From: an uncultured archaeon
GTDB lineage: Archaea; Aenigmatarchaeota; Aenigmatarchaeia; QMZP01; QMZT01
Direction: 5' to 3'
DNA: 64,000 nucleotides
Assembly (NCBI GenBank): GCA_964441265.1
Contig: CAYYKJ010000007.1
Span: 1-64,000, forward strand
The notes beneath the pieces are model-generated. The model ran no database searches and was not told the origin of the DNA. It saw only the letters and a list, made by a program, of their open reading frames with translations. Made by a program: the position numbers and the translations under genes. Below are positions 38,806-48,447 of this stretch, one piece after another (positions within the stretch are counted from its first letter, which is position 1; the number at the start of each line of letters is the position of its first letter).

Positions 38806-40351
38806 TGTCGTCGAAGGTGGTCTGGCCGGGGAATTCCTTTAGGAGTTTGTATCCGTAAGGGTAGGAGACCGTGTGGAAGAGTATGGCCCTGTTTTCCGGG
38901 TCCTCCTCCAGCCATTCTCTGACCTCGCGGTAATCTCCAGAGCTGAATACTCTGACGGCTATGGCTTTTGCCCCTGTTTCCCTGGCCCTTTCGGTAACCC
39001 TTCCCATCTGCCCGAAATCGTCTATGAGGACGTATTCCACGTCCAGTTCTATGTCACCTGTCAGCTGATCGAAATACATCCTTGGGGTGTCGTAATAGCT
39101 GAGGGCGAACTTGTCACCGGATACCCCCATGACCACGAATTTCTCTTCCGTGCCGAATTCAACGGGCCTGTCTCCTATCACCATTATGTTGCCTTCCCTC
39201 CTGATGGGAGGGGAGCCCAGTATCTCTAATCCGCTCCCGAGAATGAGGGGCAGGTACTTGTCCGTGAAGCATATGGTCTTTATGCCCTTGCTCCCGAGAT
39301 ACATGGCCGCCTTGATCTTGCCGGGATTGTCGCAGCAACCCACCACCACCGTGGCGTTTTTCCGGACGGCCTGCTCCACCAGCATGTTTATGCCGTGGGT
39401 GTCTATTATGACCGCGATGTCTTCCCTGAAGAAGCGGGTGGTTGGGTAGAGGACCTTGTCCCTTGGGACCTCGAACCGGAAGACTCCATTCTCATCCGGA
39501 GCGTACCACTTCCCCTCCCGGTTTATGACGACGGTCCCACTGGCCGTCATGTGGGTGAGTCCCACCTCCCGTATTTCCCGGATGCGTGCCCCTTCGTGCC
39601 ATCCTATTTCCGGGAGGAGTTCGGTCTTGTTGTAACTCAGCCTTTCGGAGAAGGTGGTGAGGAGCTTCGGCCTCTGGAGTTCGTATTCGGTAAGCAATTC
39701 GTCCCTTCCGGCCCTGTAGAGAGGACCATAAAATATCTGGTAGCTCAGCCAATCCCTGGTGACCCTGTCGACCTGAGAAACCAGGATATCATGTTTGCCG
39801 AGATTTATTGAGGATTTCCCTGTTACGAACCCCTCCGGGTTCTCGGGGACGGAAAGGTTGAAGTCGGGGAGCCCCGCGGTATCCGTTTCGAAGTCGAGTG
39901 TTTCATTCAAGGCCAGAGCCTCGTCAAGTTCAGAGCGGAATTCGTTCCCCGCCGACTTCCAGAGTTCCGATGCCTTCAGCAGATCCCCTTCCGCATCCCT
40001 CCCGCAGTCCAGGGAGGCGAGCGTCTCGTATATTATCGCATCCCGCTCCGGTTCCCCTGAGAGCGAATGCTCGTAATGTGGGACCGATTCGCATATCAGG
40101 GAGGAGTCGTTTTTCAGTCTCCCCAGTATCAGGAGGATATCCCCCCTGGCGAAATCGCTTATGTCCTCCTCCAGAAGGTTCGTGAGGTTTCCTGTGAATG
40201 ACCTTTCATCCGAGCCCGTTGCCCTCAGGACGAAATGGAAGTCATGATTCTTCCCATGAGGGTCCGCATCCTGGTTCAATGTATCGGGGGCTAATAGCAT
40301 TGCTCCTAAAAAAATCATTATTATCACGAGAAGTGTTATTTCCATCTTCAT
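38786..40351 (-). CDS. secreted/membrane-anchored protein of unknown function
   Basis: N-terminal signal/anchor MKMEITLLVIIMIFLGAMLLA. ~500 aa with no recognisable motif. Confidence 0.5.
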   Translation of the reverse strand: MKMEITLLVIIMIFLGAMLLAPDTLNQDADPHGKNHDFHFVLRATGSDERSFTGNLTNLLEEDISDFARGDILLILGRLKNDSSLICESVPHYEHSLSGEPERDAIIYETLASLDCGRDAEGDLLKASELWKSAGNEFRSELDEALALNETLDFETDTAGLPDFNLSVPENPEGFVTGKSSINLGKHDILVSQVDRVTRDWLSYQIFYGPLYRAGRDELLTEYELQRPKLLTTFSERLSYNKTELLPEIGWHEGARIREIREVGLTHMTASGTVVINREGKWYAPDENGVFRFEVPRDKVLYPTTRFFREDIAVIIDTHGINMLVEQAVRKNATVVVGCCDNPGKIKAAMYLGSKGIKTICFTDKYLPLILGSGLEILGSPPIRREGNIMVIGDRPVEFGTEEKFVVMGVSGDKFALSYYDTPRMYFDQLTGDIELDVEYVLIDDFGQMGRVTERARETGAKAIAVRVFSSGDYREVREWLEEDPENRAILFHTVSYPYGYKLLKEFPGQTTFDDINPEFY

Positions 40352-40400
40352 GTTGAAATAGTTCCGGCAGTATTTAAATTCAGGTATTCCTATTATAAAA

Positions 40401-41807
40401 ATGGGCGAAATGGGGAAGGCCGTTGGGGCTTTTTATGACATGGTGAAGGAAAACAGACTGATTGCGGTCCTTTTCGTTTTTTCAACTCTTTTCTTCCTTT
40501 TCCAGCACACGACGGGAATATCCTGGGACTTCGCTTCCTACGTCCTTAACGCGAAATACCTTTTCGGAGACGGGTTCTATTTCGAGCTTCTCCGGCCCCC
40601 GGTGACTCCTTTTCTTCTGGGGATTTTCAGCGTTTTCGGATGGGCCGCTTCTGAGTATGTGTACATAATATTCGTTTCTTCTCTGTATCTTTTTTCCTGC
40701 GTCAGGGTTTCTGAGGCCCTCGGGATCGACAGGAGGATTTTTTACGCTCTCTCCCTCAACCCCTTCGTTCTTTTTTACGGGCTTTCAGTAGGTACCGAGC
40801 TCCTTTCCCTGGCCCTCCTCCAGCTCTTCGCTTACTACGCGCTCAGGAGCGACGGTTTTAGATCGGGTGTCTGTTCCGGCCTATGTTCCCTCGTCAGGTA
40901 CACCAATCTGATTTATGCCCCTCTCATACTCCTTTCGAAGAGTCTCAGGAAGATTCTTGTATTCGCTCTGGTGGTTGCGCTTGTATTCTCGCCCTGGCTC
41001 CTTTTCAATTACCTGAATTACGGACACCCCCTGATGAGCATGCTGGATTCCTTCATACTGACCGTAACGACGAGGGCGGACATCGTAATGGGTTTTGATA
41101 TCTCTCATGTGTTTATTGCCGGGAATTATCTCATCCCTCTCTTCCTTTTAGGAGTTTTTCTGAAATACAGGGAGGGATCATTCGGAAAGAAAGAATGGGC
41201 CATGTTACTGGTCCTTTTCCTCACCCTATTCTCTTATTACAGGATACCCCTGAAGCACCCCAGGTTCCTTTTCAATCTGGCGCTCCCGTTAGCCTATTTT
41301 TCTTCATTGTCGCTGGAAAAATACAGGATCAGGCCCCTTTTTGTAGCCCTGTTCAGCATTGTGCTGGGTCTGGTTTTGCTGTTTCTGGTGGCGACCTCCA
41401 GCCCGATAGTCCCCCGCATGGGGCCTTCCGACCCTTCCGTGTATCTGGCGCACGGGGGGGGATGCATGGTGAGCAGCAACAGGTGGGTTTATTTCAATTA
41501 CCTCGGAATCCCTGCCGTTCCCAATCCGAGGGATTTCAGGCTGGAAGAGTACGTGAACGAGGGATACAGGATAATAATTTTCAGGGATCCCGAACCCGAT
41601 TATGCCCGCAATCTCAGCTTTCTGAGGCAGTTTCCGGTGATAGAGGAGGGAAACAATTACGTTGTGATCGGGAATGAGAGCCTGTGCCTTGATCCTTACG
41701 TGATTAACAGCACATACCACCAGCAGCTGAACGAGTCCATATACATCGGATACGGCTATCCGGTGGAGAAAGACCCCCTGAAAATCGTGATTTCGGGAGA
41801 ATACTAG
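40401..41807 (+). CDS. polytopic membrane protein, GT-C/DUF2029-like putative glycosyltransferase
   Basis: >10 TM, with a C-terminal soluble domain. Confidence 0.4.
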   Translation: MGEMGKAVGAFYDMVKENRLIAVLFVFSTLFFLFQHTTGISWDFASYVLNAKYLFGDGFYFELLRPPVTPFLLGIFSVFGWAASEYVYIIFVSSLYLFSCVRVSEALGIDRRIFYALSLNPFVLFYGLSVGTELLSLALLQLFAYYALRSDGFRSGVCSGLCSLVRYTNLIYAPLILLSKSLRKILVFALVVALVFSPWLLFNYLNYGHPLMSMLDSFILTVTTRADIVMGFDISHVFIAGNYLIPLFLLGVFLKYREGSFGKKEWAMLLVLFLTLFSYYRIPLKHPRFLFNLALPLAYFSSLSLEKYRIRPLFVALFSIVLGLVLLFLVATSSPIVPRMGPSDPSVYLAHGGGCMVSSNRWVYFNYLGIPAVPNPRDFRLEEYVNEGYRIIIFRDPEPDYARNLSFLRQFPVIEEGNNYVVIGNESLCLDPYVINSTYHQQLNESIYIGYGYPVEKDPLKIVISGEY

Positions 41808-41846
41808 CTTTTTAAGAATTTAATCCTTAAAATCCAAAGAATAAAC

Positions 41847-43085
41847 ATGCTTGAGGATATTTTGTTCAACGGACTGTATTACATCCTGATATACGTGACT
41901 CTGTTCATATCCGTTTTCTGGTTCATGATATTCTTCGAGAAAAAGGACAGTATGACCAGAGACCCGGCGAAGCTCAAAAGGACACCCGGCCTGACCATGA
42001 TAGTCCCGGCTTACAACGAGGAAAAGAACCTGGGCAGGACCGTGGACTCCGTCCTGGGACAACATTATCCGAAAAACAAGCTGAAGGTCATAATAGTCGA
42101 CGACGCCTCCACCGACGGGACTGCCGCCGTGGGAAGGGAATACGCGGAAAAGTATCCCAACGTCAGGTTCTTCAGGCACAGGAAAAACAGGAGGAAGGCC
42201 GCTGCCACCAACACCGGACTCAGGCACGTGGATACGGAACTGGTCGGGTTCATAGACGCGGACACCGTTCTTGAGGAAAGGGACGCCCTCGTCCGCTCGA
42301 TATCCTATTTCGGAAACAAGAAAACGGGAAGCGTCATAGCTACTATAAAGCCCATGGACACCAGGACGTTCTCCCAGAAGCTCCAGAAGATAGAGTACAC
42401 CTTCACCGCCCTCGTGAGGAAGCTCCTGACCTTTCTGGGGGCGCTCTACATGACTCCCGCCTTCGCCCTTTACAGGACAAATCTCGTGAGGGAACTGGGG
42501 GGATGGGACGAGGAGAATTTCACCGAGGACCTGGAGATGGGCCTCAGGCTGCAGAACGAGGGCTATAAGATAGAGATGTCGATGAACGCGGCCGTCAAAA
42601 CGGACACCCCTGCCTCATTCAGCAAGTTCTGGAACCAGCGCATAAGGTGGGCCAGGGGATTCGTGCACAATTCCAGAAAATACACCCATATCTTCTTCGG
42701 GAGGAGCTTTGGTCACCTCGGATGGTTCGTTCTTCCCACCCAGTATCTGGTAGTGCTGCTGGCCATACCGGTTTTCCTTTATGGATTTTTTGACGCTCTC
42801 GATTCAGCGTACAGGACCGTGGTCAATTACTCTCTCATAGGTTTCGATGTACCTTACATACTTTCCCACCCCCTCAGCATTAATTTCAATTTCTTCAACC
42901 TTTCGCTGTTCCTCGTCACCCTGGTGGCCCTGGCAGCCCTTATAAGAATCGGCAGCAAACAAATCAACGAAAGCATAAACAAGCTCGAATACATACTTTA
43001 CATACCCCTCTATCCCCTGGTGAACATGCTGGTGTGGATGTGCGTGTTTTACCACGAGATCCGGAGAAGTGAGTACAAATGGTGA
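41847..43085 (+). CDS. processive family-2 glycosyltransferase (cellulose/chitin/NodC-synthase-like)
   Basis: The four GT2 synthase signatures are present in order: DDASTDGT, DAD, TED, QRIRWARG (QxxRW). Flanking TM helices. Confidence 0.8.
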   Translation: MLEDILFNGLYYILIYVTLFISVFWFMIFFEKKDSMTRDPAKLKRTPGLTMIVPAYNEEKNLGRTVDSVLGQHYPKNKLKVIIVDDASTDGTAAVGREYAEKYPNVRFFRHRKNRRKAAATNTGLRHVDTELVGFIDADTVLEERDALVRSISYFGNKKTGSVIATIKPMDTRTFSQKLQKIEYTFTALVRKLLTFLGALYMTPAFALYRTNLVRELGGWDEENFTEDLEMGLRLQNEGYKIEMSMNAAVKTDTPASFSKFWNQRIRWARGFVHNSRKYTHIFFGRSFGHLGWFVLPTQYLVVLLAIPVFLYGFFDALDSAYRTVVNYSLIGFDVPYILSHPLSINFNFFNLSLFLVTLVALAALIRIGSKQINESINKLEYILYIPLYPLVNMLVWMCVFYHEIRRSEYKW

Positions 43086-43756
43086 AGAAGAAGAAAAGCC
43101 CTTATATCGTGGCAGGCGTGGTTTCCTTCGTGATATTCATAGTGGGGTTCCTCGTCGGCTTCGCCATGCTTGATTTCCAGCTGGAGAACATCAGGCTGGA
43201 GATGGACAGGAACGAGCTGGAACTGAAGAACATAAATCTGGAACTCATGCTTCTCGACAAACTGGGGGATGGGGAAAAGCTGTGCTCCTACCTCAACAGG
43301 AGGATAGAATACATAGACAGGAAGACCTGGGAGCTGGGCAACAAGATAGTCAACCCAGAAGAAATAAACCAGCAGTATTTCGACATGCTTTCCAGGAGGT
43401 ATTCCGTCTCGCTCATAGAGGACTGGCTTTTCTCCGAGGAGCTTTCCGAGAGATGCGAGACGAAGAGGGTGAACGTGCTTTATTTCTTCGAGAAGAATTC
43501 CGACCTGTGCCAGTCCCAGGGGTATGTGCTGGATTATCTGGTCGAGAAGGACAAGGAGAACTACCTACGCATATTCTCACTTGACAAGGACCTCGACGAG
43601 CCCGCCATACAGATACTGGTGGAGGCGTACGACATAGAGAAGGCCCCCACCGTGGTGGTGGAGGGCAACAAGTTCGAGGGATTCCGGACGAAAGAGGAAC
43701 TGATGAACATATTCTGTGCGATAAACAGCGATTTCTCTTTCTGCGTACCATCCTGA
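43079..43756 (+). CDS. single-TM membrane-anchored protein coupled to the processive GT2
   Basis: 7-nt overlap with the upstream gene; an N-terminal TM, then coiled-coil and a soluble domain. Confidence 0.5.
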   Translation: MVKKKKSPYIVAGVVSFVIFIVGFLVGFAMLDFQLENIRLEMDRNELELKNINLELMLLDKLGDGEKLCSYLNRRIEYIDRKTWELGNKIVNPEEINQQYFDMLSRRYSVSLIEDWLFSEELSERCETKRVNVLYFFEKNSDLCQSQGYVLDYLVEKDKENYLRIFSLDKDLDEPAIQILVEAYDIEKAPTVVVEGNKFEGFRTKEELMNIFCAINSDFSFCVPS

Positions 43757-43864
43757 ATCCGTTTCCTGCGGAGTTCTGATATACGTACCCCTGTCTGGGC
43801 ATCGAAAATAAAAAGAAAAAGGGGTAACGTAGGCGCAATGCCTACGTTTTATTATTCAACGGAT

Positions 43865-46228
43865 TTATACGACTGCGCCTTTGTACTGGTCGCCTGACAG
43901 TGTAGCCATCTTGCTCGGCTTTATCACGTAGTTACCGATGAGGTCCCTAGTGTCAGCCGCCTGGTTACCTGCCACGATGAGCGCTTTCTGACCAGAACCG
44001 AACACGTCCTCTACGACCTCTATAAGGCCATTGCCCGACGTCTTGAGCGTGTCGTCCTCGAACCATGCTGTGCATGCGTCGGAGACGTTCCACTCGGTGT
44101 TGAGCAATTCCTTTACCAGAGTGTTTGCGCAGGGTCCGCCAACAAGGATAAGGTCCTTGTTAAGGGTGCTGGTCTGAGTTATCTCGCTCGGGAATTTGGC
44201 AACCGGGTTGGTTATTGGAACAGCTTCGCTGTATGTTCCTCCTGACGTTCCGCCAGTCGTGGATATCACCGGATCCGTCCCTATGGCTACGTTCGCGTAT
44301 GCCGGCCTTGTTCCTGGGTAGTACAGAGTCATCTTGTCGGAGTCGGTGTCTCTCTCTATGAAGGTACCGTAGTTGGATACGGCCCTGTAGAGCTTCTCTG
44401 TCCCGACCTGGTTCTCTGTCGGACCTGATGCCATTGTTACTGTGGCGATTTCCTGTGTGCTTCCGTCCCAGTTAGCAAGGAACTTCAGGGCCTGCCCTGA
44501 AGGCTCGTTTCCGCTGATGGAATACAACGGGCTCTCCGTGAAGGTCATGTTACCTACCTGGCTGAGGTCGATCTTTCCCTGTTCTTTCGTGTAAAGGTAC
44601 ACGTTCTCGTTGTCCACGATCGAACCGTTGCCGTTGAGGTCAACAGCTACCTCGTGAGAGGTGTCGTTGTATTTCAATACGAACTGGTTCGCACCCACTA
44701 TCAGGTTACCGTCATACAGGTTTGATGAACCGGTGTATGCGACCTCGTATTCGTCACCGCTTCCAAGATCCGTGAAAGTGAGGATCTTGTTGGTGTCGTC
44801 GTACGAGGAGTACCTGAGCAGGTACGATTTCTTGTCCTTGTCGAGTCCGAAGTACTCGTATCTGGCTATCCAGTCAGCGTCTGCCGGGACCGATATGTTG
44901 GGCTCCTGAACGTGGAACGCTTTTGAACCGTCCCCGTACTTCCAGCCCGAGCTGTAATAGAACACGTCTTTTGCGTATTCCGTGCTGTCGTCGTTCGTGA
45001 AGGTCAGTTTCACCTTGGTCGTACCGTCCTTCGCGAAGACAACCTTGTCCCTGTCGCTGCCTGTAAGTGCTGGTGTCATGCCTTCGAGCGCATACTTGAA
45101 GTTACCGAACAGCGGGTCCGTGTGGGAAGTCCCATCCGTGAGGTAGACTGTGTCTTCCGGAGCGACAGAGAATGTTAGCGAGTTTATCTCTGCGTTCTGC
45201 GTGCCGCCCTGTACGAAGTCTACGCTGGAACTCGTCATAAGGTCGTCGTTCTTTTTGACGGAGTTGTCAGTATCTGACAGCTCGATCTTGTCGCTCCCTA
45301 TGAAAAGCTCCACCGAACCGCTTGACTGGTCGGCTCCGGTGTACACAAGGCTTACCTGGCTGACGTATACGTTTGTGCTAATGCCAGATGCCAGTGTGTA
45401 TGAATTACCGGAAGCCCATCCGTACGTCGGCGGATTGGCTCCGTTTACCTGCACGTATGCCGTTGTTCCTGCACTGTCCCAACCGACAAGGCTGAGCGTG
45501 TAGTCGGTACCTCCGACCGTGACCGTTTCCTCATCTCCTGAGCCCGAAAGCGTAACGGTCTGAGCGCCGCTGGCCGCGTAAAGGGTCAGGGATGTGTTCG
45601 TCGGGTTCGGACCTATCTTGTATTCAGTGCCGAACATTTCTACTGACTTATCTTCGGCATCCGAAGGGTTCAGTCCGCCGAGGAAGATCACTTTCAGATC
45701 GTATGTGGTCGAGGTGTCGAACTTCACGTTGAGCACCGGCTCATCCCAGTCGTCCGGACTCTCGTCATAAAGGACCTTGTGGGTTCCGAGGTTAACCAAC
45801 TGAAGGTAGTTGACGCTCGGGTTCGTCTGAACGCTGCCCTTTGCAAGCATGTCGGGCATTTCAGAGTCCGTAAGGCTTGTCTTTATGGTCGAGAAGGCCA
45901 GATTAAGGTACGGGTAGTCGCTGGCGCTCTTCAACAGTATTCCGTTGGTAACTGATGTCTCCCCTGATGTCGAAGGGATCGATTTCTCTTCGACTGCGTA
46001 GTTTGAAACCAGGCTTGCCGCGATGTCTGCTGCACCCACCACATCTGTGGTGTCAACACCGGAACCAACCACTATGGCTGGTGATGTAAGTGTGCTTGTG
46101 GCAGAATCGGCCACCACGTATGGTGAAAGACCCTGGTCCAGGGTAGTTGCTGCAAAGGCTCCGAAAGCCAGTGTTGCTCCTGCTGCTATTGTTGCCAAAC
46201 CTCCTGCGATTAATTGCTTGATTTTCAT
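43865..46228 (-). CDS. putative S-layer / major surface glycoprotein
   Basis: Signal peptide MKIKQLIAGGLATIAAGATLAFGAFA. 787 aa, rich in T/S/N/G/Y/V/D with many N-x-S/T sequons. Strong AT-rich promoter region upstream (46229-46437). Confidence 0.5.
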   Translation of the reverse strand: MKIKQLIAGGLATIAAGATLAFGAFAATTLDQGLSPYVVADSATSTLTSPAIVVGSGVDTTDVVGAADIAASLVSNYAVEEKSIPSTSGETSVTNGILLKSASDYPYLNLAFSTIKTSLTDSEMPDMLAKGSVQTNPSVNYLQLVNLGTHKVLYDESPDDWDEPVLNVKFDTSTTYDLKVIFLGGLNPSDAEDKSVEMFGTEYKIGPNPTNTSLTLYAASGAQTVTLSGSGDEETVTVGGTDYTLSLVGWDSAGTTAYVQVNGANPPTYGWASGNSYTLASGISTNVYVSQVSLVYTGADQSSGSVELFIGSDKIELSDTDNSVKKNDDLMTSSSVDFVQGGTQNAEINSLTFSVAPEDTVYLTDGTSHTDPLFGNFKYALEGMTPALTGSDRDKVVFAKDGTTKVKLTFTNDDSTEYAKDVFYYSSGWKYGDGSKAFHVQEPNISVPADADWIARYEYFGLDKDKKSYLLRYSSYDDTNKILTFTDLGSGDEYEVAYTGSSNLYDGNLIVGANQFVLKYNDTSHEVAVDLNGNGSIVDNENVYLYTKEQGKIDLSQVGNMTFTESPLYSISGNEPSGQALKFLANWDGSTQEIATVTMASGPTENQVGTEKLYRAVSNYGTFIERDTDSDKMTLYYPGTRPAYANVAIGTDPVISTTGGTSGGTYSEAVPITNPVAKFPSEITQTSTLNKDLILVGGPCANTLVKELLNTEWNVSDACTAWFEDDTLKTSGNGLIEVVEDVFGSGQKALIVAGNQAADTRDLIGNYVIKPSKMATLSGDQYKGAVV

Positions 46229-46437
46229 ATCATATCTCCTCCTATGTTATATTTTGAGCCCTATGGGCTCTTCGTGATAAATTGTTTGTTCGATGGGGTA
46301 TATATAACTTCATTGAAACAGTTATATGGACCGTTCCATCTGGATTTAATAATATTTATATGGACTCATAATAGTTTTTTTGATGTTTTAATTGTTCCAA
46401 AAAGATTTAAAATCCTTTTTTGGCTATTTAATAGATT

Positions 46438-47292
46438 TTAAACTATTATTAGTATTATATCTCCGATTAAAAACGTTATTATCGTGGTGAGCAGGAAAAC
46501 AGGAGCGAACCGGACACCCTCTTTTATACACACGAACTTCCTGTTCTTTCGTATCTTTTCCACCTCCTCCTTTTCGAGTCCTCTCCACTTGTCATCGAGG
46601 ACAACGTCCCCCTCCCTGAGTTCTGAGACGGGAATCCTCTTCTTGAACATGTCCTTCTCTATCAACCTGGCGTAACTCGTGAAAATGAGTATGAAAGAAA
46701 GCAGGAAGGGAAGCATTAGCATGGTGGGCATTGAGGCGGGGGGTATGCCGAAAGTAATCGAAAGGTACATCACGGAAAGATAGCTGCCCAGGAAAAATAC
46801 CGCCACGAAAAATCCGTATCTCTTTGAATCATTTCTGATTTCCCTGAGGAAGGATTTCCTGAGCTTTCTGCTTCTGTATCCCAGTAAGAGGGAATAGCAT
46901 ATCAGGTAGAAGAGCGAAACGAAGAGGAAGTTCAGGAGGAGGGCCAGCGGAAGGTTGAACGTCACCGGGACCTCGAATCCCGTCATGTCAGGGAAGAGGA
47001 ATCCCATCGCTCCGAGGAGCCACGCATCTCCGTCTCCCCACTGCTTGAGGAAATACATGACCAGACCAAGCCCCAGGAACAGGCAGCCCACCATCACAGA
47101 ATTCGCCAGCAGGGAGAAGTCGGAGTAGAGGAAAGAGAATACCGCCCTCGCCGCCAGGGCCGAGATTATCATGGAATACGGGAGCCAGTCGGGGAATTCC
47201 GTATACCTGAGATCCCAGTAGCTCCCAGCCGAAAACCCGGCCAAACCGATTATCAAGGACACTATCCAGAGCATAATAATATATGACTGCAT
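46438..47292 (-). CDS. A24-family prepilin/preflagellin peptidase (PibD/FlaK-like)
   Basis: Polytopic, with WGDGDAWLLGAMG (the GDxxLL aspartyl motif). Confidence 0.6.
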   Translation of the reverse strand: MQSYIIMLWIVSLIIGLAGFSAGSYWDLRYTEFPDWLPYSMIISALAARAVFSFLYSDFSLLANSVMVGCLFLGLGLVMYFLKQWGDGDAWLLGAMGFLFPDMTGFEVPVTFNLPLALLLNFLFVSLFYLICYSLLLGYRSRKLRKSFLREIRNDSKRYGFFVAVFFLGSYLSVMYLSITFGIPPASMPTMLMLPFLLSFILIFTSYARLIEKDMFKKRIPVSELREGDVVLDDKWRGLEKEEVEKIRKNRKFVCIKEGVRFAPVFLLTTIITFLIGDIILIIV

Positions 47293-47310
47293 CTGAATAA
47301 ATGTTTTAGA

Positions 47311-48156
47311 TCATTCGAGACGTTTTTCGTATTCTTCTATAAACGTATCGAATTCTTTTTGATCGAATGTTTCCTTCCATGGCGGTTTCAAATTATCTTT
47401 ATAATTTACAAATCTTTCCAGTTCTTTCATTCTAGATTCCCAGTTCAATTTACTTGGTTTAAGGTGCCTGTCCACAAGCTCCCAGTCCAGTATCATAATG
47501 CCGAAGGGATTATTTTTTTCGGGCCTCATGAGGTAAACATTTCCGGGGTGGAAATCCCTTTGAAGAATTCCCTTTTCATCCATGGTACCGTGCATCTTTA
47601 TCATTGTCTCAGAAAGAGGTTCGATTACAATCCTTTTCATTTCTTCGGATGAGAGATTCACATGACCCTTTGTTTTAAGGAAATCGTCTAGGAACGATCC
47701 CGGTGGGTATTGTCTCATGACAATGTAAAAATTTGGAGATTCGTGTAAATTTAGTCCTGATAATATCACTTCAGAAGAAGTTCTTATCAATCTCAAATTG
47801 TGTACGTTAGAGGAAGAATATATTTCATTGAGTCCCCTTTCCTCTACCATCTTCTCTTTGTCTTTTCTTGTAATATCGTGCATCAAGTCAATGTTCTTGG
47901 CGGGTTCCATTCTCTTGATATATAAGTTCCTGTTACCTTTCCTCCATTCTAGTATGGTCGACCTGTCACCTTCATAGACAGTCCGTTTTATTTCCCCTGT
48001 TTTTATTTTTTCTTCCAAAAACCCTCTCGGGTTCCTTTTGAAATCAATCGGTAACTTGAAATCAATTATTGGATTATATATTTCTCTGCCCAATTTCAGA
48101 TGTCCATAACTTTCTAGTACATCTTTTTTGTGAAATTTTGTTTTTTCCATAACCAA
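47311..48156 (-). CDS. atypical protein kinase-like protein
   Basis: ILQRDFHPGNVYL resembles the HRDLKPxN catalytic loop, and ILDWELVD the DFG-like site. The gene is markedly AT-rich relative to its neighbours. Confidence 0.5.
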   Translation of the reverse strand: MVMEKTKFHKKDVLESYGHLKLGREIYNPIIDFKLPIDFKRNPRGFLEEKIKTGEIKRTVYEGDRSTILEWRKGNRNLYIKRMEPAKNIDLMHDITRKDKEKMVEERGLNEIYSSSNVHNLRLIRTSSEVILSGLNLHESPNFYIVMRQYPPGSFLDDFLKTKGHVNLSSEEMKRIVIEPLSETMIKMHGTMDEKGILQRDFHPGNVYLMRPEKNNPFGIMILDWELVDRHLKPSKLNWESRMKELERFVNYKDNLKPPWKETFDQKEFDTFIEEYEKRLE

Positions 48157-48253
48157 ATAAGCAAAAGTTTATTTATAAATGGTTACTATTTAGTAGTTAT
48201 TTTTTATAATTCGCATATAAATTTAAAGATTAGAATAAAGAAATTGATAACAC

Positions 48254-48447
48254 GGGGTTATGGTGTAGCTTGGTCTAGCTGATCCCTGGTGGGACAGGCG
48301 CCAAAAGCATCGGAGCTTCGGGCCAATTCCGCTCTAACGGGCGGGATAGCGAAACGGCTTCAGACCTGGGTTCAAAAGCGCGGTAATCGAAACAACTGTT
48401 TCCGCGGGGAATATTCCCGCCTGCGCGGACATTCCCAGTAACCCCAT
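48254..48447 (+). tRNA. tRNA-like gene with T-loop intron (and further insertions); anticodon unresolved
   Basis: Acceptor GGGGTTA/TAACCCC. T-arm CTGGG-TTCAAA[intron]T-CCCAG. D-loop-like AGCTTGGTCTAGC. ~118 nt of extra sequence. Confidence 0.4.
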
